A DNA stretch of 64,000 nucleotides. Origin: Entomortierella parvispora E1425. Lineage: Eukaryota > Fungi > Mortierellomycota. The notes beneath the pieces are model-generated. The model was not told the origin of the DNA and did not search any database. It saw only the letters and a list, made by a program, of their open reading frames with translations. Shown piece by piece: positions 50,522-62,389 of this stretch. The translations under genes were made by a program, and so were the position numbers. The stretch covers positions 992,001 through 1,056,000 of the forward strand of contig BQFW01000008.1 of NCBI GenBank assembly GCA_020891255.1, in the 5' to 3' direction. The stretch's first letter is position 1. Every line of letters starts with the position of its first letter.

Positions 50522-51561
50522 TTACTTGGTCCTGACGGTGACGGAGCCATCCTCACATCCGAAGTACGCGACCTCGGCCATATTGCAGAACAAACCAACC
50601 TCAACAACACCTGTGATCAACTTGACGTCTCTGAGTACTTTGACGGGGTCGTGGATCAATCCGAAAGGAGCATCAATGATGAAGTTGCCATTGTCGGTCA
50701 CGACAGGACCAGCCTTGGCCACGGCCATACGGAGCTTTGCCTCGCTGGATCCCAAAGCCTGCAACTTCTTGAGGACGGCTCTCCAAGCAAAAGGGACAAC
50801 CTCAACAGGGACACCCTTAGTCCACTATGACGCAATTGATCCAGAGAGAAAGACATCGTGAGAAAATAGACAAAAATATAAACATATTCCTCGAGTCTTT
50901 GCAGTGGAGCTACGATAGGCCTTTTACCTGCTCTCCAAGAACCTTGGAGTCCTTGCGGAAGTCGGCAACAATGATGAACTTCTTGGCAGCCTCAGCAACG
51001 ACCTTCTCCTGCAGGTGAGCAGCTCCACCTCCCTTAATGGCATTCAACTGAGCATCGACTTCATCGGCGCCGTCGATGGTGACATCAATGTTTGAGTATC
51101 TAGGTAGGTAGGATAGAGGAAGAATTTGTAAGAAGATTGGCGCAAGGGATCAGTTGGACTCAAACATAGCCACCAGAAAAAAAAGATGATCCAGGAATAT
51201 CATACTGCTCAACATCTCCAACGGTCAAACCACCGTCCAACAAGAGTCCGCGAGACTGGAAGGAAGTGGGGACAAAGACTGTCTTGGCGTTTAAGGCAGG
51301 ATCACGCTGCAACAGACGAGCAACAACGTGGACAACGGTCGAGCCTGAGCCAACGCCAATGACTCTGTGCTCGGGGAGGACGTGCTCGTCCACAGCCTGG
51401 TAGGCAGCTTTCTGCTTGGCTTGCTCAATCAATGAAGTCATGGCGATGCGGTTGCTGATCAATGTTCTGGCAGGTTGGATGCTGAATGCAAATTTCTTTG
51501 ATCCCGAGAGTCGTGAAGGAAGAAGAAAATGAAATTGTCGGGAGCAACTTCGCGAAAACAT
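50522..51561 (-). CDS. RKI1: Ribose-5-phosphate isomerase A, three exons; start at 51441 (core) or 51561 (with presequence)
   Basis: [69 protein letters not shown]. Confidence 0.95.
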
Positions 51562-51684
51562 GTCTTTCATATGACAAAGGAGAAGCCAAAAAAAAAAAAA
51601 CTTTTTGATCCCGTCCCACGTCAACTCGATGACTGTGGGGTCTTTCTTTCCGAGTCCAAAACAGCAAAAGGATCAAAAGATGAA

Positions 51685-51756
51685 TTCCCAGTCCGGGGAT
51701 CGAACCCGGGCCTTGTCGGTGAGAGCGACAAATCCTGACCACTGGACCAACTAGGA
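51685..51756 (-). tRNA. tRNA-Glu (anticodon CTC), intronless
   Basis: Minus strand TCCTAGTTGGTCCAGTGGTCAGGATTTGTCGCTCTCACCGACAAGGCCCGGGTTCGATCCCCGGACTGGGAA: acceptor stem, D-loop TGG, anticodon loop CTCTCAC, GGTTCGA T-loop; T4 runs downstream. Confidence 0.96.
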
Positions 51757-51941
51757 AATTTTCAGATAAAGACCTATCTTTTAGGTTTAATATCTATGGA
51801 ATAGCAACTGTATCACGTGATCTCACGAGCCCTGTAATATTTTTTATCTTTTGATTAAAAAATAATTATCGAGTATAAATTAGTCGGGACTTACGTTTCC
51901 CTCGAAAACCAAGACATTAAAAATGGTAGGAAGATGCTATT

Positions 51942-54796
51942 CTACAGTTTATTCTTTTTGTCCCGAGGAATGGGCCGTGGTAGAGATCCCAGCTTAGGTG
52001 TTAAAGGGCTTTGGGCCACAGGTGCTGGCGAGCCGCTGTTCGAATTTGCCTCAGAAGCGTTCTCAGTGATCCCAGCCTGCGCTTGTTGTTGGTGGATTTG
52101 TTCTTGTCGTTCCTGCCAAAGCATTTGTTGCTGCAGTTTTTGACTTTGGAGCTGCTTCTGTTGTTTTTGCTGTTGGTCCAGTCTATATTGGTCGTATATT
52201 TGCTGCTGTTGTCGCTGCTGCTGTTGTTGAATGGGTAGACTGGACACCGACGTCGGCACAGTGGGAGCGGGTCGACGATTTTTGGACTGAGGAGGCATCG
52301 GGAATTCCCCAAGAACACTGTCAGACTCTGAGGGTACAGGTGACGATGAATAGCCTTTGGAGGGTATAGGTGCAGTTGACGCGACTTGGCGAGAGGCAAA
52401 CAGTGGAGCTGATGCGGATGTCGGCGTGTTTTGTCTCTGTGTCTGTGGCTTTTTCTGTGGCCGCTGTTGTTGTTGCTGTTGTTGTTGCTGCTGCTGTCGT
52501 CGCGAGGCAAGTTGTTGATCTCCGTATTCGACCTTGTATGAGCCAGAGTCTCGATGACTCGCAGCGTGTCCTTGAGGAGAAGACGTGAAGGATGAAGAGA
52601 GGAGGGGTTCTATCTTGGATAGGCCAGCGCCACCGTTGTTGATACTGGTAGAAACACTGTTGTTTGAACTTCTTGGCTTCCTGGACTTTGCACCGCTGCC
52701 ACTGATCAGATCTGTAGATGCCAGTGGAGACGAAGGATTGTCTCTAAACGTCTGTCTTGGTGACTTTGGGGGCCTTGAAGAGTTGGAGCTGCGCTGTGAT
52801 TCAAGGCTCAGAGTCCTGTCGCCTTGACCTTGCTCTGATCTGACCCCATCCATGGAGGGAAGTCGATTGATGGGTTGTCTATCGTCGTAATTATCAGGAA
52901 TATTGACCTTGTAGTTGGACGACCCTTTCCTGCTGATTGGTTGTGAAAAGGACGAGGGGGAGGTATTTCGAAGAGGCGAAGGATGTTGTTCCTGTCGCTG
53001 ATTTGCAGACCCGGTGTATTCAGAAGGCAACGCCGGAGTCGGGGGCAGCATCGGCGGTGAGCTCACCAGGTAGATCTGAGAGCTAGCAGGGAACAATGAG
53101 ATGTGGCCAGAACTCAAGCTGGATCGTACAGAGTGCGAGCTCGACTGTCGAGATGGCCTTCCAGGACGTGTCCCTGCTGGTTGTGGGTTCGGTGGCGGCG
53201 GGTGGTACGGCTGCTGATGGCGCTGCTGTGAGGCTTCTTGTGCACGTTCTTGTTGTCCATGAGCGCTCAATGGTGTTCCAGGGGTGGACGGTTGAGCTTC
53301 AGTGAGGGCCAGCGTGGAACTGCTATCTGATGCTGGATTCCGTTTCTGATCAAGGTAAGCCAAATGCATCTGATTTCCTGGAGTCCTCTGGGTCTTGACA
53401 TCGTATGCCTCGTCTTTGAGCATCTCTACTCCTTTTGTCCTATTAGACGTCCTGCGTCGTCTCCTCCACGCAAGTGCCCCCACAATCAGAAAAAGAACAG
53501 CGACACCGGCAGCAATACCTCCAATCATGGCAAAATTCGGTTTCTTTGAGTCACTATCGCCATTCGCACCGCTGCCAAAGGATGTGGGGTTTACCAGTGC
53601 TGGTCCTGTCCAGGTCCCCGCAATCACATCAAAGATACTGATACCATTGGACGGACTCGAGCTTTTTGGGTCTAATCCACCGTAGACAATAATCTTACTA
53701 TTGAGAATGGTGACAGCTTGCTGAGCCAGGAACTGGGGAACCAAGCCTCGGGCAAGGGACTGGACCAGTTTGTACGAAGAAATGCGTGGGTCGATAGAAT
53801 AGAGCGCGATTGTTCCAACAGAACTCTGTATAATTGAGGAGAGCTGTTTGTCAGGAAACAAGGAAGCAATGGAAAACAACGCCCAAACTCGGTTGCACAA
53901 AAGAAAGGCCTCTGCCTCATTTTTGAAAAAAAGCTCTAATCGTACCTTGTCCACAACAAAAGCTGAAAAGGAGGATGTGAGGGGCCAGGCGTTCGTCGTG
54001 AGGATGTTGCCATTCATATCGACCGGCTTGACCAGAGTGATATTAACCAAAGGCTCCGTGGCCGTCAGGTTCACGGCTGGATGCTTATTACCCACGGTCC
54101 GAAAGACGGAACCTGTCGTGCCATTTTTCTCAAAAGAAAACAGAAGTCCGTTACCAAAGCTCGCAGTGTCTTGTGCGATGGCTCCCACAGTCAGAAGGGG
54201 ATCTGAGCCCACTGTCGAATCTCTAAACAGCACAACATTTTTTTTTGTGAAGAAAGATGTCGATGAGTAATTGAACAAATATTTCACATAGCATCAGTCC
54301 ACATTCCTTACATCGGTGCTCCAGACTCGCTACTGTTACCAATCCGTATGCTCCTCCAAGAGTCCGTGCCTCCTGGTTGTGGGACCGATTGTGCTAAGAA
54401 CCAGTTCCAGCCTGCTGTGGAGCCGACTAGACTAAACGTCCTTGGGCTGACATAATTCAGAGGGGATTCTGTGGCTGCACTTAAGGTGGTGAGCCAAGTG
54501 CCGTTGGGGTAGAACAGAGCCTGGATGGTATTCCCGAATTGTACAATGCTGATGGGGCTGTTTGATGGAGGTGAGTCGCCCAGGTAAGCACTGCAGGCGA
54601 GACTTTGCTGGGAGTCCCAAGCTGGCGTTGTGGAGGTTGAGGAGGAGATGAGCGTTGATGCGGGTGATAGAGGATTGGAAAGGTCGATAGAGTAAGCATC
54701 AAGACGTCCTGGAGAGGAAACACCAAAGAGAAATACTCTCTGATTATTGATGTCTGGAGCTAGACATGAGGAGGGAAGTGAAGGGAGTGTGGACAT
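51942..54796 (-). CDS. Single-pass membrane protein, paralog of the 2782-4837 gene, with long Ser/Pro/Gln-rich tail; at least one intron starting at 54311
   Basis: N-terminal SCLAP..VFLFGV..GRLDAYSIDLSNPLSP; kelch-like KIIVYGG...FDVIAGTWTGP; TM IGGIAAGVAVLFLIVGALAW followed by RRRRR. Confidence 0.72.
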
Positions 54797-55528
54797 GGAT
54801 GAGAATGCTGCAGGTAGTCTTGCCTCTCCCGTTGTATTGTATGAGAACTGGCGAGATGGCGAGAGCTTGGGAAGTAGAAGAGAAAGAGAGGAGAGGAGAA
54901 ACGGGCGGGATGTTGAGGAAGAAAGAACGGAAGAGACGGGCTGAATGAAAGAAATGAAAGAATAAAAAAAGAGGCTGCAGATTTTCATCTTTGTCTTCTG
55001 CGTTTCGCGCCCTGTGGACGGTTGCACAAACCACAACGGAAAAGATGTGGTTGCAACCAGCAGCCAGTTACGGTTGCTCTTACTCGATACAGTGGACAAA
55101 GCCATCTTTGGCTTATACAAATGACAGAAATGGTGCTGGGATCAGCAGTACTTCTTAAACCGGCTAGGCCTTATGGTGGCGATCTTGGCTCTACCGTGGA
55201 CTATGATTCACCATTTGTCTCTGAAGTCTGCAGGCGTGCCAGATCATGAAAAAACACGACTGGCGTTTGTGCTCTTTCCAAACAGAAGAGCAGTTGGCTG
55301 GGCTCTTTCGAACTACACTCCCATCACTGAGAAAGGCTTTTATTATTGTCTATTTCTGCGCTCGAATTCTTCGCGAGTCATCATGGGCTTTGAAGCCTGA
55401 GGTGGGAAGAAAGGTGGAGGGTTCATAGGGAGGCCTACATAGAAATAATCAAATGAACTGTTAGCAATCGCTTTTCAAACTGAATAATCCGATCACCATC
55501 TCATTGCCCTCATGAACCATGCAATGGC

Positions 55529-58500
55529 TTATGGCTTACCAGGATGTGGCATGCCATTCATGGGATGCCCAAAGTTGTTAGGGACAAAGTGGTTGGGACC
55601 AGGGCCAGGACCCATTCCAGGCATGGGGCGGGGAGGCACAGGGCCACCGGGGCCACGGTGCATCAGCATCTCGACGGGATTCATGGGATACATGTTGGGA
55701 TGCATAGGGTGGCCTCCATAGGGTGGCATGCCAACGAACTGCGAGGGGTGTGGAGGCATGAACTCGCCAGGCCCGCTCACATGCATCTGCTGATTGAAGG
55801 GTGGCATCTGCTGCGAAAACTGGGGTGGAAGTCCTTGGCCAGGTCGTTGCATAGGCATTCCATTAAAAAACCCTGATTCCGCCTCCATGGCAAGAGCATG
55901 GGATCCCATTGGTGAAGGCCCTCCATTGGGATAAATACCACCCATCCTAGGATCCATAATAGGCGAGTGAACGTTTGGTCCAGAGCCTTGGCCAAATGGT
56001 CCAAAGTTCTTGTTTCCTTGCTGCTGCTGCTGCTGCTGCTGCTGTTGTTGTTGCATAAGACGGTTCATCGACTGATGCTGCTGCTGCTGCTGTGGAGGCA
56101 TCGATTGTGAAGGATATTGCTGTGGAGGAGGCATCGACTGTACGGCATTGATAGCCTGAGCATTCATCTGTCGGGGACTGTTCACGGTTGGAGAAGCAAG
56201 TGATGGACTCGAGCTGCCAGTACCATTGCTGGAACCATTCACAGAGCTCAGTGGTCGAATCAATGGCGAGCCTGATTTTTGCCCATCGGTCTTTCCGCTC
56301 AATTGACGATAGACCGAAGTAGGGATGCCGCCACCAAATGCCACTTGCACGGGCCGAGGAGCTGGTCGAGTAGGTTCTGAAGAAGGCGTCGTGGATGCTG
56401 TAGTGGAAGGTGCTTCAGAGTTGGAGGCCGCGGATCCTCCAGTTGCAGAAGATGAGACCAAGTTCTCAACAGGAGAAGGACTTTCGAGGCCGGCTTTTGT
56501 AGTAGTCTCCATGTTGACCGGTTTCACCTGAGTTGCAATAGCGGATGGGTCAACAGTTAGTGCCGAAGTCTCCTGACGTTTTGCAGGTAAACCTGCTGCA
56601 ATTCCGTCGCCAGTTGGGAGCTGCATCTGCGAACGAACAGCGGTGGGGCTGCTTGGGCCGGCTGAATCCGCTTGGTTAACAGATGGGGACTAATGAAGAG
56701 CAAAGTTGTTAGATATCTGCAATCTGATGCCGTGGATTCCAACAATGACAGAGGTTGGTTCTGTTTTACCTTGGACAGAACGGCCATGATTTTGCTGAAA
56801 GCAAATGCATCTTCTGACTGTTCCTTAGTCATGGTGGGAGGTCCAGAAGGAGTTGGTTTGGATGCATTCATGGATTGAAGAATCTCTGCCTCAGAAGGCA
56901 TACGAGTAAGTTGAGGCGGTGGATGCATAGCTGCGGTCGATTTGGGTGCGTGAGACTGGAAGAGTTGATCAAGGGAGAGCTGCTTTCCTGGAATGGTATC
57001 TGCATTAGGTCGAGAAGGCCCTGCTGCCACTGTAGGTTCGGATTCGGTGTCGTCTTCCTCAAAAAAGCGCGCAAAGCGAGAACCGTCGGCTTTTCTTGTT
57101 GGCGTTGGCAGACGCTGATCGTCAAATGTGGACGCAGCACTGTGTTGAGAGAGGAACTTTTCGAAGGCTGTCGAGGATTCAAGTGTTTTGCTGAGATCGA
57201 TACCTCCGGGGCTGAAGAACAGGTCGATATCCTGAATGGGATCATTCGACAAATGAGTCTTGCCAAGTGGTTTCTCCAGCGCGGCAAGTATGGCAGTATC
57301 GGCTCTGCTATTGACTGCTGTTGAGGTTGTCTGTGGTACAGCAGCACTCGAGCGCCAAGATGTGCTGCTGTCGGCCCTGGATGGTGCCTTTGGATCCGTC
57401 TTGCTTGACTGAGACATCGTTTCCTTTTCCTTCTCACGCCGCTCCTGCTCTTTCATGCGAGCTTTCCAAGCTTGAATATCATCCACAAATGCCTGGGGTT
57501 CGCCCTCGCCATCTTTCGCCGATGCGCTCTCTGTTTCTGGATTATAACTCATCCATTCTGGCGCATCAGACCGCTGCTGCGAGCGCATGGACATGCTACT
57601 TCCATTGTTACCATTACTGCCCGAGGAATTGTTGTATGTCGACATGGACTGGCCAGAATTTCTGGTAGAAGTGCCCAATCTCGATCCTAACCCTGATCCT
57701 GAACTTCCGGATACAGACCCAGTGGAAGACAGTGTAGATCTCGAGTCTATAGCGCAGAAATTCAAAGGTCAGTCAACGTCATCCACCATTATTCCAAGGT
57801 ACAGGTCTACATCACTAGTCCTACGACACTTACTTGAAAGAGTAGAACGGGAAGGATCTACTCGGCGTCTATCCATGCCGCTGAGCAGACCTGTAATATC
57901 TTTAGGAGTGACTTTTGGAAGGGGTTTATGAGACGAGAGCCTCTCAATAGTCTCCCTTCCAAACCCTTGCTCCAGAGCGCTCGGAGGCCCGCGAGGTGCA
58001 CGACCTTCCCTCGGACTCTGCTGTTGAAAAAAGATATATGAACGACATGTAAATAAGCATGCCTCAAAGGTGATATTAGTGCATAGGTTCCTGTGAGCAG
58101 TTCGTTACCTCCAATGACTTTTTAAAACCAGAAAGGCCATCGTCTGATCGCTTCAGGCCTCCTAATGAAGACGAAGCAAAGCTCATTTTGGGAGGTCCAA
58201 GTACGATACGGTCTATTGAAGGTAGGAGAGAAGGTGTTAACGCCCAGCTGCCTACTGTATATCCACCACGCTGTAGTCAACGACCGATCAGCAGTGTATT
58301 TGTACCTGACAGGGTGGATCTATTGCTGAAAGGATCAAGGGTAAAACCAAGGTTAGCTGAAAGCTTCAACAAACAGAGATGGGCATTGATGATCACAGGC
58401 AGGCTAGCTCACTGTACCTTGTCGCGGAGCGAGAGCCGTTGCTCGCTTCTGGTTCTTCCTTGACAACCTCACTATCATGTAAGAGTGAAGAGGTTAAGCT

Positions 58501-58733
58501 CGATTAGCTTACGTTGCACCGCTGCAAAAACAGGCAGAAAAGGGGACCCAAGGAAAGATATGCTCCTTGCTTGTCAACACTTACCCAAACCAAACGTGAG
58601 TCGGGGGCAAGGCAGCAGGTCGTTCCACAAGAGGGCTTTTAGCACAGGCCATTAGGAACTCGCGTGAGTATCGAATTACAGAGTCGGCATCCTGTGTCCC
58701 TGACAATGCAGGGTCGGAGGGAGTCGAGCTCAT
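55529..58733 (-). CDS. 4E-T/Eap1-like eIF4E-binding protein, seven exons (58585-58733, 58418-58471, 58306-58325, 58109-58212, 57834-58020, 56770-57746, 55529-56689), about 883 aa
   Basis: Exons sum to 2652 nt in frame; YSREFLM (YxxxxL-phi) at 58650-58670; DRIVLGPPKMSFASS; APEWM at about 57550; SRFARFF at 57061-57081; Q/P/M/G-rich disordered C-terminus. Confidence 0.75.
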
Positions 58734-59162
58734 GGCGAAAGATGGAATCTGAGGATCTAACGAAGAGATGCGATCGAGCGATGTGTAATGTGTGTGTGTT
58801 GAAAGAGATTGAGCAGTGGTTTGACGCACAGCAGGCGAAAGGAAAATGGGCGGTGGAAGAGAGGGGCAGTGTTTGATGATGTGATTCGAGTGGTTGACAG
58901 GAAGGCGAGAGAGATGCAGGCAAGGCACAACGGCAGGCGAGGGAAGGCAAGGATGGCAGGGCAGGACAGGGCAGTGCAGGTCAAGGAGAGTCAAAGGTGG
59001 AAAGCAACGAGAGATGCAGGCGTCTGTGTGGTGTGTGTGTCTGTCTCTGTGTGGGTTGTGTGTTGGAAGAGCGAAAGGCCATTGTCCGCTGTCAGTGGTT
59101 CGTCTGTTCGCCTGTTCTGTTCGTCTCCTCGTCTGCCCTCGACTCTTTTTTGGGCGAGGTCG

Positions 59163-59184
59163 TGACGTCATAGATCACGTGATC
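59163..59184. promoter_or_regulatory. CRE palindrome TGACGTCA plus extended E-box GATCACGTGATC in the divergent promoter
   Basis: Direct reading at 59163-59170 and 59173-59184, roughly mid-way between ATGs at 58733 and 59567. Confidence 0.65.
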
Positions 59185-59566
59185 ATCTCATTCTGCCTCT
59201 TTTTTTTTTTTTTTTTTTCTTCTGCATGTGCCACGATTTGGGATCAATCAATCTGTTCTTTCCCTTGTTCTCTGATTCACCGTGTCCGTCCGTTCCTTCC
59301 CTCCCATCCTTCTCCCTGTCCATCCTCCCATACGCTCCATCGTTCCCCTTCCATCTTAGTCTACGAAGCACGCCCTGTCTCTCCTTCCTCTCACATTTGC
59401 ATTTTCTTTCTATCATTTGCTCGCATTTCTTCACTGTATACTATTCCAAATCGTTTCTCTCTCTATCTTTTTATCATTCTCCAACACCTGTTCCTCCTCC
59501 TCGTCTCAACCTTCTAAACAACTTCCCTTCGTTCTCTTTTACACTTGTTTTTGATTTCTTTCAACC

Positions 59567-60651
59567 ATGGCTCAAAACGATAACCTCACCGTACCTGCTG
59601 GAGACAGCAAGTATGTCACCGTCTTTAACGACCCCGTCAACTTCAACGCAAAGCATCCCCTTCACAACTCTTGGACCCTCTGGTTCGATAACCCCGGTAA
59701 GAAGTCAAACGCTAACAACTGGGAGCAGTCGCTTAAAGAGCTTATCACCTTTGACACGGTCGAAGACTTTTGGGGGTAAGTTACCGCACTGTTTTCAACT
59801 CGTTCGCGAAATACTTCCCTTGTTTCTTCCTGTTTGTCGCCAACCGCGTTTTCCCTTGACCTACTCCTTCAACAGAGGAGAAGCGGTGAAAGGCTGCGCC
59901 TGGAGACAAAAAAAAGTGCAGAGGACTGCAGATCGATCGAAATATCTCAATTTGGCCTATTGTGCTCTGATCTAACTGTCTTGTTTACTCTCTGATAGTG
60001 TTTACAACAATATCATGAAGACTTGTGATCTGGCCATCAGCTCCAACTACCACTTGTTCAAGCAGGGAATCAAGCCAATGTGGGAGGATCCCGCCAACAA
60101 GAACGGTGGAAAGTGGAGCATTCAGTTGCCCCGCAACAAGACCATGGCCGATATTGATAACATCTGGCTTTTTACCGTACGTATACACCCCGAAACAATC
60201 GCGACTTTCAGGACAGTCAGCAAAACAGAGAAAAAAAAAGCGGTTGCGGATCGAATCTGAAACCTCCTAGAAGAGAGAGACCTTGCTGGACCATGGCTGA
60301 CGTGGACACTTATTTTCTTCTTTTCTAGATGCTTGCCTGTATTGGCGAGGCTTTCGAGTACGAGAATGAGGTTTGCGGAGTGGTGGTGTCTGTCCGTAAA
60401 GCCTTTTTCAGGATATCCATGTGGACCAGGTCGTCAGACAACCAGACCATTGCTATGAGCCTTGGGTAAGGACGCGAAAGCTTTGTCTTTGAGAGAATTG
60501 CTCCCTCATCGTTCGAGTAGATACTAACCGCTGCACATTTTCTTTTCTCAATAGCAAAACTCTCAAGAAGTCTGCAGGAATCGAGGGTGTTCTCGAATTC
60601 CAGAGCCACAACGAGGACGCAAAGCGCCAGGGCAAACCTTGGACTGTGTAA
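59567..60651 (+). CDS. eIF4E: Translation initiation factor eIF4E (class I); introns 59776-59998, 60177-60328, 60466-60554
   Basis: [23 protein letters not shown]|[34 protein letters not shown]...RISMWT. Confidence 0.97.
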
Positions 60652-60754
60652 ATATACAACCTTCAGACGCGGGAGTCCGCAAGCTGCGATAATAGCAACA
60701 TCATGTTCCCAAATAAAAGTTACCACACTTCACTTTATTGGTTGAGATAAAACT

Positions 60755-61982
60755 CTAAAGCTCCAGACCTGGAGCATCATCGTCGTCCGAGAACGAAGCC
60801 ACGGAGCTCATATCATCATCTGACGAGCTTTCATCCGTGGCAGCATCTGCAGCATCCTTGGTGGCATATCGAGAGACGTATTCTGGTTCCAATCAGGACA
60901 TAAATGGCAGGAGTGTTAGTTGGCAGCTCTTCACATCTCAAGTCGTTGAATCTGAGAGCCGTGCAATTGTAGTCCAGACACAGGCAGCGTTGCACTGTAC
61001 CTTTTACTTTGAGTTCATAGCTGGCTGCCTCTCGCATCAGCATAGCAGCCGCTTCCCCGTTCAAAGGGTCCGTGGGATTGGGATAGCGAAGGAGCTGAGG
61101 CAGGAAGACTTCAAAAATGTTGATCATATCTAGAAAGGAGGAAACAGATCGGAAATGAGAGGTGTTAGCTGAGGCCAGACCTCTTCCTCGCCCTGTAGTC
61201 GTCAATCCAGTGATTCTGGGTATCCTTACCAAACATTGGACTCCACGTCTGGTTGATCACGTCCAAGCACACTGATCCACTCCTGAATATTGGAAAGCAA
61301 AAAGAAAAACATAAACACAAACAAACAAAGAGTCAGTGTTTTCGTCTTGTGCCTCCTTTTTCACTGAATGCATTGTGCGGCCCTTTCTCCCCCCAAAACC
61401 CCTTCAGCCCCCTTCCCCTTCCCACCACCAGATATTGCAAATGACATGGAGAAAGGCGAAAAGGTGCCAAGGGTTGCCCCATTCCTTACAGTTCGTCAAT
61501 ATTGGGGTGGAAGATCCTATTCATGAATCCAATCGAAGGCGATTTGTAGGGATATTGGTCAGGGAGCTCCACATGCACTTTCCAGACGCCTCCAGCGAAC
61601 GGCGCTATTTTTTTTTTTTTGGTTATCCACAAGAACAGTAGGTGAGTGTTGGTGCATCATTGAATCCATTTAAGCCTGGGTTCCTCTTCAAAGTGTGGTG
61701 GTGCATAATCATCGTGATAGAGCGAACTCCTTCTCTTTCTCATGCCTTACTGTCTGTGGGTCCATGGAAGCGGACATAAAACTCTTGCATGTTGTCATTG
61801 ACAAGAGTGACCTCATAGTCACTCATCAAGCTAGAGGAATACATTGAGAAGGCAGAAGGACGTTAATTAGAAATGATTAAGCAGAAGGGCATACAGAGGG
61901 TCAGCAACCATCTCAACATGGTGTAGAACTGCGCTTACAGTTTCATGACATCGGTCTCGATGCGTCTGCGGGGCGAAGACAT
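60755..61982 (-). CDS. UBC8: E2 ubiquitin-conjugating enzyme (Ubc8/UBE2H), six exons
   Basis: [85 protein letters not shown], acidic tail. Confidence 0.96.
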
Positions 61983-62389
61983 TGTTCTATTCTTGGTGTG
62001 GTTGCTGCTTGTCTTTACTTCGATGAGCGAGTTTCTTTTGTTGCACTCTGTATAGTCGGTGTGTTGTCGGTGGTGGCTGCTTGAGGCTTGGCTGGAAAGA
62101 TGAACGGTGGAAGAATGATTGAAAAAGGAAAGGAAGGAAGAGAGAGGGAGGATAAAGGATTTGACCCACGGGGCACGAGACGCGAATCTGAACTTTTGTG
62201 CCCAATCCAATCAGCACTGCTCTATATTTTCAGTGTGGTCACAGTTGGATTGCGTTGCTCTTGGGCACCCTTTTTTCTTCTCGTTGTATGCGGATACAAA
62301 AAATAATAATGCGAGATCAAGATCAAACCATTCAAAGAGTCAGCTTATTCTTTTTAATTGACAACTATAGACAGCGAATCATCCTAACT

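Noticed and set aside
54797-55120. MKICSLFFYSFISF as a signal peptide for the second receptor-like gene
   Set aside because: Encoded by a T/C-rich leader-like tract typical of 5' UTRs here; hydrophobicity likely compositional
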